Source: Sulfolobaceae archaeon
GTDB taxonomy: Archaea > Thermoproteota > Thermoprotei_A > Sulfolobales > Sulfolobaceae
DNA: 64,000 nt
Direction of reading: 5' to 3'
NCBI GenBank assembly: GCA_038893355.1
Contig: JAWARQ010000003.1
Coordinates: forward strand, 126,787 to 190,786
A model generated the notes under the pieces. That model saw only the letters and a list, made by a program, of their open reading frames with translations, had not been told where the DNA came from and ran no database searches. The first letter of the stretch is position 1; every line of letters begins with the position of its first letter. Of the stretch, positions 23,917 through 34,329 are shown piece by piece. Both the position numbers and the translations under genes were made by a program.

Positions 23917-24381
23917 ATGAACTATATAGATCCGTTATCAAGAGTAGCCGATTTAATTGGATTGTTAAGCATATTAGTTAATACATTTAATGGTAAGGCA
24001 GATTTGTACGAAGTAGAAAGAGAGTTTAAGGTTGACATAGACGACTTAATGGCAATAGTATATACTGCAGAATCTTTAGGCTTTGTAACATTAGGGGAAG
24101 GTGATATTATAATAACTGATAAGGGTTTAGAATTTCTTGATGCAAATATTAAAAAGAGGAAAGAAATGTTAAAGGAGGCTCTAGCACGTGTTGAACCCTT
24201 TAAAACAGCATTAGAATTACGAGAATTCACATTAGAAGAACTTTATAGAAAAATAGTAGATAAAGGTTTAATTAAATACTCAGGCCCTTCTGGAATGAGA
24301 GATTTAGAAATAATACTTTTAGAGTGGGGAGTATATTCTGGACTTCTCGGATATAAAGAAGATAAGTTTTACGTACGATGA
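23917..24381 (+). CDS. Stand-alone AAA-associated domain protein (NitT/TauT ATPase C-terminal-like)
   Basis: GKADLY...DIDDL...AESLGFV...GDI.ITDKG...WGVYSGL. Confidence 0.75.
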   Translation: MNYIDPLSRVADLIGLLSILVNTFNGKADLYEVEREFKVDIDDLMAIVYTAESLGFVTLGEGDIIITDKGLEFLDANIKKRKEMLKEALARVEPFKTALELREFTLEELYRKIVDKGLIKYSGPSGMRDLEIILLEWGVYSGLLGYKEDKFYVR

Positions 24382-24432
24382 GTCGTAATTCAAGATATAT
24401 ATTAAAATGGAAAGTTCGAAAGAAATCTCAGT

Positions 24433-25170
24433 ATGGATAAAGAATTAACACACTATACTAGAGAAGCAGATGTTTTTAGAACTAAAGTTTTTGGTATTCA
24501 AGATGGTACAATAGGAACTGGAGCTATAGTATTAGGAGCGGTCGGGTATACTAATGATCCTATATTCATATTAATAGCAGGCTTACTTGCAGTAATAGGC
24601 CAGGCTTTTTCAATGGGTGTTGGGGAGTATATTTCCACTAAAGTGAGATTAAGAGTACTGCAAAATGAGATCAAGAAGGAGGAAATAGAAATAGAAAAGT
24701 TCCCTGAAAAAGAGAAGGAGGAAATAATAGGATTTTATATACAAAAAGGCCTTTCTAGGTTGGAAGCGGAAAAGATCGCCGAGGTGCTAATGAGGGATAA
24801 GAAAATTATACTATATGAAATGATGATTCATGAACTTAAAATGATTCCAGAAGAGTTTGAAAGTCCATTAAAGTTAGCAGTAATAATGTCATTTTATTTA
24901 ATCATAGGTGGAATAATTCCATTAATACCATTTATAGTAAATTTGTTCTATAAATTCAGTTTAACCTATGCTATAACTATATCAATTATATTAATATTAT
25001 CATTACTTGGTTTCTTTGGAATATTATCCAGTAAATATACTGGAATCTCGAAAACGAGATCTGCACTTGAGCAAATAGGAATTGGGGTATTAGCACTCAT
25101 AGGGAGTTTCTTAGCAGGACATTTATTATCGGTATTCTTACATACTAGCTTCCTTCTTGGGATGCCCTAA
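24433..25170 (+). CDS. VIT1/CCC1 family Fe/Mn transporter
   Basis: [16 protein letters not shown], Glu-rich cytosolic domain. Confidence 0.92.
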   Translation: MDKELTHYTREADVFRTKVFGIQDGTIGTGAIVLGAVGYTNDPIFILIAGLLAVIGQAFSMGVGEYISTKVRLRVLQNEIKKEEIEIEKFPEKEKEEIIGFYIQKGLSRLEAEKIAEVLMRDKKIILYEMMIHELKMIPEEFESPLKLAVIMSFYLIIGGIIPLIPFIVNLFYKFSLTYAITISIILILSLLGFFGILSSKYTGISKTRSALEQIGIGVLALIGSFLAGHLLSVFLHTSFLLGMP

Positions 25171-26077
25171 ATAGTCTAGCTAAATTTCTTGGAATCTTTG
25201 CAGGTTTAGGATCCTTAGAGTATAATTCTCTTCTTTTTGCTTCTAATTGCTCAATTTCTCTACCTAAATATTCAGCTGCAGTAAGTATCCGTATCCCTAC
25301 ATCCCTTGATAATTCGTATATGGGGCGAAGTACTTCTCTATAATTGAGATCCCTTAATACATGATGATCAATTATTATCCTTTCTACTCCACTCTTAGCA
25401 ATCATTTCTAAATTTCTTATACTTGTCTCTAAATCTTTCTGTGAAAGTACCCTTCCTAATAGATAACTTAAAGGACCATCAATTATAATAAAATTAGGTT
25501 TCATTTTAAATGTAAATTCAGTATGCTGCGGTCTAACAGCACCTTCGATATCAGATGTGAATAAAACACAAGAATCACCATCTTTTATTGCAACTTGAAC
25601 AACGTAACCTAACCTCTCATCCGCTCCATGTGGAACAGCATTAGAGAATGAAATAATTGTTGATCCTATCCTATACTCCTTACCGTCTGCAATTTCGATA
25701 ATTTTAGGAATATTTTTTATAGATTTTAAAAAACGTGGGGCCCTCCTATACCTCTGACTGTTATTTATATTATTTAAAGGGTCCTTTATGATAACTATCT
25801 TCTCTTTATACACATCCGTAGGAATTATAAATCCTGGATCATGATGATCATAGTGATAATGAGTTATGATTAGAACATCAGCACTAGAAGCCTCTTTAGT
25901 TATAACTTCAGCCAATTCTATAAGCCTCTTAACCTCAATTTCATGAGGAGGAAGACCATATCTTATTGGAGCTAAAGAAATTGCAGGATCTATTACTATT
26001 CTTAAATCTTTTGTTTCTATTAATGTAGCCTGCGACCTTACACCTATACTCTCAAATGCTAAAGGTTTTATTTCCAC
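25145..26077 (-). CDS. MBL-fold metallo-hydrolase (UPF0282-like)
   Basis: ES.GVRS, THYHYDH, VPHG, SD, DHH..RD. Confidence 0.88.
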   Translation of the reverse strand: MEIKPLAFESIGVRSQATLIETKDLRIVIDPAISLAPIRYGLPPHEIEVKRLIELAEVITKEASSADVLIITHYHYDHHDPGFIIPTDVYKEKIVIIKDPLNNINNSQRYRRAPRFLKSIKNIPKIIEIADGKEYRIGSTIISFSNAVPHGADERLGYVVQVAIKDGDSCVLFTSDIEGAVRPQHTEFTFKMKPNFIIIDGPLSYLLGRVLSQKDLETSIRNLEMIAKSGVERIIIDHHVLRDLNYREVLRPIYELSRDVGIRILTAAEYLGREIEQLEAKRRELYSKDPKPAKIPRNLARLFRASQEGS

Positions 26078-26121
26078 TATATAAAAAAAGTTTTAAAAAT
26101 TAAAAATTCAGCTATCATCGT

Positions 26122-26370
26122 TTATAGTAGACTTAAATTAATTTCTGCCTTCAATTTATATAACTCATCAAGTTTACTTCTAATCTCTAACTTCATCATT
26201 CTTATTCCGTAATTAGTACTTCTTTCTCTCATTTTCCCTATACCATAAATTACTAACCCAGTAAATGTGGTAATATGAAATGGATCATCCAGTCCAAACG
26301 CTATAAATTTCCCCAAAATTTTTAACGATTCCCCTTTCTTATCGTAATCACCTAGCAACTCCTTAAACAT
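26122..26370 (-). CDS. Small hypothetical protein
   Basis: 82-aa ORF filling the gap, short hydrophobic hairpin. Confidence 0.5.
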   Translation of the reverse strand: MFKELLGDYDKKGESLKILGKFIAFGLDDPFHITTFTGLVIYGIGKMRERSTNYGIRMMKLEIRSKLDELYKLKAEINLSLL

Positions 26371-26453
26371 CTCTAAAACTACATTTCGCTTAAATGACTA
26401 TTAAAGTGTAGAACATAATATTACGAGCTATGTATAACTATTCTAAATAATTA

Positions 26454-27649
26454 TAGCAGTTGTTCTACTTTCCCTCGGTAATACAAGATTTTCAGTATTA
26501 CCGATAAAGTTTTTAGTCTAGCGTTTGGTTGATTGAAAAGTGTGAAGTCCGAGGAAGAGCTGGACATTGCAAGGAACGAGTTCTAAGTCCTTCAATTCCG
26601 TAGTCGGGATACTGAGGATGAATGGATTGAGCAGAAAGGTCGCAGTAAGTTTAGCACTCATGGCCTTGATAGGAGGGAGGGCAAGCATTAGGAACGCGGC
26701 AATCACGTTCGTGTTAAACTACGCCAACTTGTTAAAAGTACTGGAGAACTTGGAAGACGCTTGGAGTGACTACCTTGAGGCGTTAAGCAAAGTGATAGTT
26801 GGGCTCTGGTGGTTATAGTTGACGACATATTCGACCACAAACTCTATTCCAGAGTAGAGGGAGTAGTTAGCAGGTACGGGAACTACTTCGCGTGGTGTTC
26901 CGTGCATAAGAGGTTCGAGCGGGAGTGCAAGTCCTCACAATAGCCTTATACGACTTAGCTACAAGGAGGAGCTATCTGGTCGGCGCGTTCCCCTACGCCA
27001 CGAGAAAGATGTGGGAGAGCGGGATGGTGAACGAGTTCAAGGTTGAAATGTCTGCGGAAATTATCGAGATCCTCAAAAGACGTTTCCTTTTATATAGGAT
27101 CGTTTTTGACTCTTGGTATTTGTCGGAGAAGCTGGTGAAGGGTAGTGTAGTTTCTGAGTTGAAGTCTAATAGGAGGCTTCTTAGGGTTAGGTCTTTGGAG
27201 GGAGGGAAGGCGTTGGGGGTGGAGGGGAACGCCCCCATGTTGGAGGTCTCCCTCCAGGGTCTTACTTAGCTGATTTGACCCTAGGGGATCGAGTTATTAC
27301 AGTAAAATTGTTAATACTGGTATATAAAGGTAATAGGCTTAACTTGTATGCTACTGACCTTAACTTGAGCGATGAGGAGATAGAGGCAACTTGGAAGATT
27401 AGGTGGGAGATAGAGAAGTTGCACAGGGACGTCAAGACCTTGGTATGCAAGATTCCTCTTTCCTCAAAAGGAGAAGGCTTCAAGGTTATCTACTCCTCTT
27501 CGTGATGGTGGTTAACACGGTGAGAGATTTGATTAGTTCCCTTAACCTGAAGAGCGTGGAGGAACTTCTCCGGTTCGTTGAAATTCGTTTAGGAGGTGCT
27601 CTAGGTTTGATGAAAATTTTTAAGCTGCGTTAAAGTAGAACAACTGCTA
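26454..27649 (+). mobile_element. ISC1217-like insertion sequence, 1196 bp, intact ends
   Basis: Perfect 18-bp TIR TAGCAGTTGTTCTACTTT / AAAGTAGAACAACTGCTA; 6-bp TSD TAATTA at 26448-26453 and 27650-27655; GC clearly above host. Confidence 0.9.
26567..27633 (+). pseudogene. Frameshifted DDE transposase
   Basis: Split over several frames; DDxxDHK, FDSWY, RWEIEKLHRDVK motifs. Confidence 0.88.
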
Positions 27650-27667
27650 TAATTAGTTATATAAAAA

Positions 27668-28312
27668 TTATAGAAAAGATAGAGCAAAATATTCATTTTT
27701 TAATCTATCAAAAACTTTCAGTATTGATAAATTATATGAAGACTTACCTAATAAAATAAAATTTTTTATAATTCTATAAAAATTTAGATTTGAACTTATT
27801 CTATATAGAGTTCCTTTTAAAATACCCTTACTACTTTCTAGAAAAGCCTCTATTCTATCAACAATTATATACCTATTTTTAACAAAATAATTATCTATAT
27901 CAAAGAAATTTAATAAAGCTGGGCCATTTTTATATTCCGTATAATCTCCAACTTCTATATACTTCAGAAAATATGATTTAGCGTAAATATACGCATATGC
28001 GCTTAAACTATATCTCCTTTTAGAATCAAAGTATACTTTAACTGCTTCTCTTTTATAAAGATCATCAGGTGAATCATGATATTCTTCAACTTCATCTAAT
28101 AATCTTAAAGTTTCATTAGATACTCTATAAACTTCCCCCCATACTACATTATCACCTTCACTTTTAATTATCCCGGGATATTCACCTATATCAACCATTT
28201 TATAGCCAGTTATATATCCAAGGCCTATATAACTACTATTATTTCTTAATAGTAGTGAGCTTAATGGAAACCCATATCTCAAAGTTCCGTAAACAAATAC
28301 GTAGTTCTCCAT
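27668..28312 (-). CDS. Gamma-glutamylcyclotransferase family protein
   Basis: FVYGTLR, YPG, GEVY, LDEVE, LYKR. Confidence 0.88.
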   Translation of the reverse strand: MENYVFVYGTLRYGFPLSSLLLRNNSSYIGLGYITGYKMVDIGEYPGIIKSEGDNVVWGEVYRVSNETLRLLDEVEEYHDSPDDLYKREAVKVYFDSKRRYSLSAYAYIYAKSYFLKYIEVGDYTEYKNGPALLNFFDIDNYFVKNRYIIVDRIEAFLESSKGILKGTLYRISSNLNFYRIIKNFILLGKSSYNLSILKVFDRLKNEYFALSFL

Positions 28313-28402
28313 AACTAGCTTCCCGCTATTTCACAGTTAGTTAATTATTAAACACTAAAATTTTTACCATTGATTTTGCTGCTATATTAACTCAACCTAA
28401 AC

Positions 28403-28846
28403 TTAAATACTCTTATTAGAATTTCTTAATAGTAATAAAAATCCAATAAGGATTATTACTGGCGCAAATATACTACTTATTATATCTAATTCAAATTTAT
28501 TATTTAAATTATTGTTTATAATACTACTTTGATTTCTTGTATAAACTTGAATATATATTGAGGTTTCCTTATTAACGTATATCTCTGTATTATTTGGTTT
28601 TATAAATACTCTGGGATCATAAGAGAATGCAATTATCTTTACTGTTCCATTTACATTAATAGTAGCGTTTGAATAAACGATAATCGGAGTAGTAGAATTT
28701 TCTTCTAGTACCATTATGATCAAATTCTTACCGTTCGTGTAGATATGTAAAGGATATGCTACAGCTAGTTTTTGACTATATAGTTGGGACAATACTAAAA
28801 ACACTAATATAGCAACCCTAAGGATAAGGAACCTCCTTTCGTACAT
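28403..28846 (-). CDS. Hypothetical membrane-anchored protein
   Basis: Signal-like N-terminus and C-terminal TM. Confidence 0.55.
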   Translation of the reverse strand: MYERRFLILRVAILVFLVLSQLYSQKLAVAYPLHIYTNGKNLIIMVLEENSTTPIIVYSNATINVNGTVKIIAFSYDPRVFIKPNNTEIYVNKETSIYIQVYTRNQSSIINNNLNNKFELDIISSIFAPVIILIGFLLLLRNSNKSI

Positions 28847-28894
28847 TATTTTTATAAATAACTGCTTATAAAAATATGAGTAAAATGAAACTTT

Positions 28895-28950
28895 TTATGA
28901 TGAAGTTAAAGAAAAAGGATATTGATGAATTATCCTAGTCCATCTGATTT
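28895..28950 (+). ncRNA. Box C/D guide sRNA
   Basis: C ATGATGA (28897), D' AGGA, C' TTGATGA, guide ATTATCCTAGTCCAT, D CTGA (28944); TTATAA ~28 nt upstream. Confidence 0.75.
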
Positions 28951-29731
28951 ACTTGCCCTTCTCCTCAACTTTCTTCATTGCCGCTAACGATAATGTGGGG
29001 TAAAGATCATTTGTAGCAGGAACTACTATTATAAGGTTTCCCTTCTGCGAAATATCTGATAACAATTCTAAAAATCTAATTTGTAGTGCTAAAGGATTAT
29101 TTTGATAGTACTTTGAGGCCTCTGCTAATATAGATGCTGATTGTCTTTCACCCTCACTTAAAATAATCTTTGATCTTCTTATCCTCTCAGCTTCAGCCTG
29201 TTTAGCCATTGCTGAAAGCAACTCTTGAGATAATCTGATATCCTTTATTGTCACAGCAGTAACTTTTACACCCCACGCTTCTGTCACCTCATCTAAAATT
29301 GCCTGTAGCCTCTTATTTACTTCCTCCCTTTTCGTTAATATCTCATCTAGTTCTAATTGGCTTACAACATCCCTTAGAGTAGTCTGTGCATAGTTTCTCA
29401 CAGCACTGTAAAAATCTCTTACTGAAACTATAGCTTTTAATGGATCTATTACCCTATAATAAATTACTGCATCAACATTTACAGTTACATTATCCCTTGT
29501 TACAATCACTTGAGGTGGGACATCGACATTTACTACTCTTAGATCTACCCTTAGGGGTTTATCTATAAATGGAATTATCGCTATTACTCCAGGGCCTTTA
29601 AGTCCAATAACTCTTCCTAATCTCAGTACTACTACCCTCTCCCATTCATTTACTATTTTTAAGGATGCTGCAAGCAATATTATTGCTATTAGTATGATAA
29701 ATGCAGTTATTATGTATACTTCGTAAGCCAT
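28949..29731 (-). CDS. SPFH/band-7 (stomatin-like) protein
   Basis: ERVVVLRLG, GPG, TRDNVTV.VDAV, AQTTLR, QAEAER. Confidence 0.95.
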   Translation of the reverse strand: MAYEVYIITAFIILIAIILLAASLKIVNEWERVVVLRLGRVIGLKGPGVIAIIPFIDKPLRVDLRVVNVDVPPQVIVTRDNVTVNVDAVIYYRVIDPLKAIVSVRDFYSAVRNYAQTTLRDVVSQLELDEILTKREEVNKRLQAILDEVTEAWGVKVTAVTIKDIRLSQELLSAMAKQAEAERIRRSKIILSEGERQSASILAEASKYYQNNPLALQIRFLELLSDISQKGNLIIVVPATNDLYPTLSLAAMKKVEEKGK

Positions 29732-29755
29732 ATCTAGTCTTTCAATTCAATATTT

Positions 29756-31057
29756 TTAAAGTTTTCTTGATAAAATCGCAGCAATAAGAAAACCAATTAA
29801 AAATGATAAAATAATTATAATAATAGTTAAATTAAAATTATTCTCGTACTGAAAATTCATAGACTGTTGCTGATTTGAAACTTTTGAAAATATTGATATT
29901 ATATGCTTTGATAAATTTAAATTACTTATAAAATTTGATATTGAATTATATTCATCTTTTAAATATCCATAAATTCTTTGTAACAACTCGCTACTGAATA
30001 CATAAGAATTTGATATTGTAAAATTGCCTGGATAGTAAACGATGTATGTAAGAGATGAAATATTATCTATTCTTGCAATACCACTACTATTAGTTATACC
30101 ATATCCTATATCTTGGAAAAATACATTCTTAACTATAATCTTTTGATTAGGTATTGGTTTTCCATCTAACGTTAAACTAACATATAAAGTATCATTAATT
30201 TTCTTCAACGAGATTTGTGGCGGTGTAGGCCATAAAATATTTCTAGACGGAACAGCACTAATAGTTAACGCATAAGGTGAAAAAATTTCACCAGACCTAA
30301 CTGTATTAAGGTTATAAACACCCTCGCCAGTATCAAATCCAAAACTATAAGCCACTGGGGGAATTTTAAGTGAGTTTGTGCCCTCGTCTAAGTAGTAAAT
30401 ACCCATAGTAGAATTTACATTCATATATACAGAACTTCCTTCTCCTGGACCTCCCCATACAAGTTCTAAAGAATTCGGTATTCCTATTCCATTTGAAAAA
30501 CCACCGATAATAATACTCCCACCTATTTGAAATATGTAATATATTCTTTCTTTATCATTATTAATTTTATATCCAAAAGAAGTTGATGTCATATTAGACT
30601 TTATGAATAGAGTAAGAGATAATGGTAAACTTACATTAATCGTAGGTCCAACATAAATTAATACACCTAAGCCTCTGTAACTCGTAATATTTTTATCATT
30701 AATATAGAATTTCCCACTAAGATTCCATATATTAACTATAAACGTAATTCGTAAAGAATCTTTACCTTGTTGAAATAATGCAACGTTCTGAATCCAAAAC
30801 TGATTATCTAGTACAGCATTTAACTGAAGTGAAGCATTACCTTCTTGATAAACTTCTAATCCTAAATATGATTTACCAATGCTAATTGAAGTGATATTTG
30901 CAACACCAATCACAAAATTTGTAATAATTGTTGGAGTAAGAAAGAATGTAGATATTCCTATAGGTAAAGGATCCGATAAATCGGCGTAAGTAATTATAGA
31001 TAGAGGTTCAAGTATAATTAAAAGGAGAAGTGAAACTATTATTAATAATGACTTCAT
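29756..31057 (-). CDS. Thermopsin-family protease
   Basis: PIGI, ASLQLNAVL, WIQNV, ELVWGGPG, DTGE; C-terminal TM anchor. Confidence 0.85.
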   Translation of the reverse strand: MKSLLIIVSLLLLIILEPLSIITYADLSDPLPIGISTFFLTPTIITNFVIGVANITSISIGKSYLGLEVYQEGNASLQLNAVLDNQFWIQNVALFQQGKDSLRITFIVNIWNLSGKFYINDKNITSYRGLGVLIYVGPTINVSLPLSLTLFIKSNMTSTSFGYKINNDKERIYYIFQIGGSIIIGGFSNGIGIPNSLELVWGGPGEGSSVYMNVNSTMGIYYLDEGTNSLKIPPVAYSFGFDTGEGVYNLNTVRSGEIFSPYALTISAVPSRNILWPTPPQISLKKINDTLYVSLTLDGKPIPNQKIIVKNVFFQDIGYGITNSSGIARIDNISSLTYIVYYPGNFTISNSYVFSSELLQRIYGYLKDEYNSISNFISNLNLSKHIISIFSKVSNQQQSMNFQYENNFNLTIIIIILSFLIGFLIAAILSRKL

Positions 31058-31124
31058 CTTATATCAAATCATTAATTATACTAAAATCTTTATTTGATAA
31101 TTTCATAATAAATCTTAAAGGGAG

Positions 31125-31520
31125 ATGGCTCATCATATTCCATTAACAATTATAGGTATTTTAGTAATAGTGTTACTACTTCTTGTTACTGGTTATATTA
31201 CAGATCCTATTATTGATGGAGTAGCATTTAGTATAATTGGTTATATTACTTATAGGACTTTGTATGTGGTAATTAAATTCAGAAAAAGGAATATATTTTC
31301 AGAAATTGGTAAAAGGGCTAAAGCATTAGAAGATATTAAGCCAGGATCATATGGTTATGTTCTATTGGATGGAGAGTATTGGAAAGCTAAAGCATTAGAA
31401 GATATTAAAGCAGGGGATGAGGTTATAGTTATAAAAAGAGATGGTCTAACACTTTATATTAAAAAAGTAAAAGAAGGTGTTAGTGAGGAAGAAAGTAATG
31501 AAAATAAAGGTACCTTATAA
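31125..31520 (+). CDS. NfeD-like protein (short form)
   Basis: TM helices plus G.V.LDGEYWKA...G..V.V...DGLTL OB fold. Confidence 0.88.
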   Translation: MAHHIPLTIIGILVIVLLLLVTGYITDPIIDGVAFSIIGYITYRTLYVVIKFRKRNIFSEIGKRAKALEDIKPGSYGYVLLDGEYWKAKALEDIKAGDEVIVIKRDGLTLYIKKVKEGVSEEESNENKGTL

Positions 31521-31788
31521 CAAAATTTTGACGATATTCAGTGGGCATGAAATAGAACAAAATGGAGATGAAATAAAGATAATATTTAAACCACCTTCTA
31601 CAAGTGAAGCAGCGAGTTCTAATGATATTGAGTATGAAGTGAGGAGGTATTATGTAATAGAGGGGAAGATTGAAGGAGATGATGTAGTTATATATAGAGT
31701 ATATTTGAAAGACGAAAATTATATAAGGGATTTAGATGAAGAAGAAGTAAAAATTTGGTTAGATTATTTATTATCATTAGAAAGTTAA
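31477..31788 (+). CDS. Hypothetical protein
   Basis: Acidic ORF overlapping nfeD; true start may be ATG at 31498. Confidence 0.6.
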   Translation: MLVRKKVMKIKVPYNKILTIFSGHEIEQNGDEIKIIFKPPSTSEAASSNDIEYEVRRYYVIEGKIEGDDVVIYRVYLKDENYIRDLDEEEVKIWLDYLLSLES

Positions 31789-31868
31789 ACAAATAATTTT
31801 AATTCATTAAAATTAAAATTAGATAATATTACTAACTAATAAAGATATTAAACTAAAATTTAATTAAT

Positions 31869-32726
31869 ATGATACAATATATGAGTAGGGGGAAGAAGAT
31901 TAGTAGAAATGATAAAGAGTCACTAATAGAGCTAATGAGGGAAGAACTAAGGAGAAATTACTATATCAATGTTGATCTTAAAATAAAGGAAGGTTATGTT
32001 AGTGGTGCAGGAGATTCTTATGCTGCAGCACTATGTATTGAAGGTAAAACGAAGGGTAGATTTAGGGCAATAGACCCTTATGAGGGGCAAGAATACGATA
32101 TTAAAAAACCATTAATTGTTGTTTCCATTTCTGGAAGGACAAAAAGCAATATAAATTTAGCAAGAAAATTTAAATCAAAAACTGAAATAATAGTAATAAC
32201 CGCTAATGAGAATTCTGAATTAGCTAAAATTGCAGACTACCTTATCTTACTACCGATTCAACCCAAGCGACTGCCTGGAATATCTACTTTCTTAGCATCA
32301 CTTAGTGCATTATACTCTATAGCAGGTGAAAAGATCGATGAAGAAAGTGATGTTCCAATTATCTTACCTAAAAACCCTTTCTTTATAGGTAAAGGGGAGA
32401 ATTATGGTGTAGCATATTACGCTTACCTTAAATTGGCAGAAATCTACGGCGAATATTCATATTTTGAAAGATTAGAACAGTTCTTTCACGCACCAGTATT
32501 TATAAGTAGGGGTTCTAATATTGTAATCTTCGGATCGAATGATCCCCGTGAAGAATTAGAAATCAATTTTGCAAAAGTTTATAAGTCAAGATGTAAAGGG
32601 GCGTTCTGTAATACTAAATGGTTTCTTGAATCTTTAATAAAAAGGATGGAAATAGAAAAATGGGAAAAAATATATTTTTTAGAAGATAAAGAGATTCTAG
32701 AATTTAGTTCATTAAATATTTATTAA
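31869..32726 (+). CDS. SIS-domain sugar isomerase-like protein
   Basis: GAGDSY, VSISGRT, ITAN.NS.LA, LKLAE, EQFFHAP. Confidence 0.85.
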   Translation: MIQYMSRGKKISRNDKESLIELMREELRRNYYINVDLKIKEGYVSGAGDSYAAALCIEGKTKGRFRAIDPYEGQEYDIKKPLIVVSISGRTKSNINLARKFKSKTEIIVITANENSELAKIADYLILLPIQPKRLPGISTFLASLSALYSIAGEKIDEESDVPIILPKNPFFIGKGENYGVAYYAYLKLAEIYGEYSYFERLEQFFHAPVFISRGSNIVIFGSNDPREELEINFAKVYKSRCKGAFCNTKWFLESLIKRMEIEKWEKIYFLEDKEILEFSSLNIY

Positions 32727-32741
32727 TAAAAATAAAATAAT

Positions 32742-33053
32742 TTATTGAATCAATTTTTTCATTAATTCGTGGAATTTTTCATAAGGATGAATTGCATATA
32801 CTTCAACTGTTATTGAGTGACCTAGCTCTTTCATTATTGGAAGATTTTCTAGAATCTCATCTAATTCTTCATGAGTATTAACATCGAGTATAGCTACAAC
32901 CTCTCTCCTCCCAGAGACTTTATAAAGTCCCTTTATCTTACCTGTTTTTACTGCATTAAGCGCAGCCTCTGCCTCTTTATTCCAAATTTCCATTAATCTT
33001 CTTTGAGAAATGGTCTCAGGCTGTTTAACTTTAAACCATAGCAGGAATAGCAT
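32742..33053 (-). CDS. Muconolactone delta-isomerase family protein
   Basis: MLFL, E.EAA, LYKVSGR, ELDEILENLP, HP. Confidence 0.78.
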   Translation of the reverse strand: MLFLLWFKVKQPETISQRRLMEIWNKEAEAALNAVKTGKIKGLYKVSGRREVVAILDVNTHEELDEILENLPIMKELGHSITVEVYAIHPYEKFHELMKKLIQ

Positions 33054-33276
33054 AAAATAAATAAGTATTTTAAATATTAAAATCTTCTTGATAATATCTA
33101 TTACTTAGAATTTTTAAACTAATTCCGTAGAGATTGTATGATCAGAATTCTTAAATATTCTCTTTCTAAAATATATTATCCTTTTAAAGAATACTAGATT
33201 CTCTTATTATATCACAATTATACCATAAATATATCTAAAGAAAAATATATATAACTGGATATATTTAATCTAATCC

Positions 33277-34329
33277 ATGAATAAGTGGTTAATTGTAGGT
33301 TTAATTATAATATTTATTGTAATAATTTCTATAATTTATTATTTCTTCTTCCAAAGTGGCCAGAGTAGTTTTACTCAAAGTACTACTACTATAACAAATA
33401 CCGGTAGTACCAGTGGTGGTATAATTCAATTATATGTTGCAGACGCTTATACTGCAGAAGCACAAGACTTTGCAAATAACTTTGCTAAATCAACTGGAAT
33501 TCAAGTTGCAATTAAGAGTGCAGGTTCTCTAACACTCGCAAGGCAAATAGCTCAAGGAAGTCCAGTAAGTGTCTTCATGCCGGTTGCAATAGATGCAGTA
33601 AGACCAAGCTTTTTAGGAAATAGGTCACCAGGCTGGGCAATAGCGATAGGTGCAGATCAATTAGTCCTAGCTTATTCAAACCTAACTTTACAAAATCAAA
33701 ACGCAAAAGTTGCATTAAGTTATGCAAATAAGAGCGATTGGTATAATTTCTTTCTAAAGATAACAGACGGTAGCTTAAAGATAGGAATTGCAGATCCTAC
33801 GCAAGATCCTGCAGGATTTAGGGGCTGGTTAGTATTACAACTCGCAGGATATGTTTACGCGAATGGTGACCTAAAATATTTTGTAGACAGGATAATAGCT
33901 AATAAGGGGAATATTTCAGCTGCGCACGCTGCAGACCTTGTTGCACCATTAGTTGCAGGCAACATCCAATTTTTATTTATATATAGGTCTGCAGCTATTG
34001 CGAAAGGATTATACTATGTCCAGCTACCACCTCAAATTAATCTAGGAGATCCTAATTATACAACTATTTACCAAAAAGCTTCTCTTAATATCTCAGGGAC
34101 TATAATACGAGGTGCACCAATCTACTTATACATTACAATTCCTAAAGATCCAGTTAATCCTGACGCTGCGGTTCAATTCTTAATTTTCGTAATTAAGAAT
34201 AATAATATACTTAGTAAATACGGCATCACACCACTTAAGCCTGCATATTTATATAATTCTACACAAGTACCAAAATATCTTTTAGATTTAATATCCCAGA
34301 ATTATCTTATAATTAAGGGGAGTCTATGA
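33277..34329 (+). CDS. Molybdate/tungstate ABC substrate-binding protein (WtpA/ModA-like)
   Basis: N-terminal TM plus S/T linker, AGS..LARQI, DP..DPAG.R, YRS.A, INLGD. Confidence 0.8.
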   Translation: MNKWLIVGLIIIFIVIISIIYYFFFQSGQSSFTQSTTTITNTGSTSGGIIQLYVADAYTAEAQDFANNFAKSTGIQVAIKSAGSLTLARQIAQGSPVSVFMPVAIDAVRPSFLGNRSPGWAIAIGADQLVLAYSNLTLQNQNAKVALSYANKSDWYNFFLKITDGSLKIGIADPTQDPAGFRGWLVLQLAGYVYANGDLKYFVDRIIANKGNISAAHAADLVAPLVAGNIQFLFIYRSAAIAKGLYYVQLPPQINLGDPNYTTIYQKASLNISGTIIRGAPIYLYITIPKDPVNPDAAVQFLIFVIKNNNILSKYGITPLKPAYLYNSTQVPKYLLDLISQNYLIIKGSL

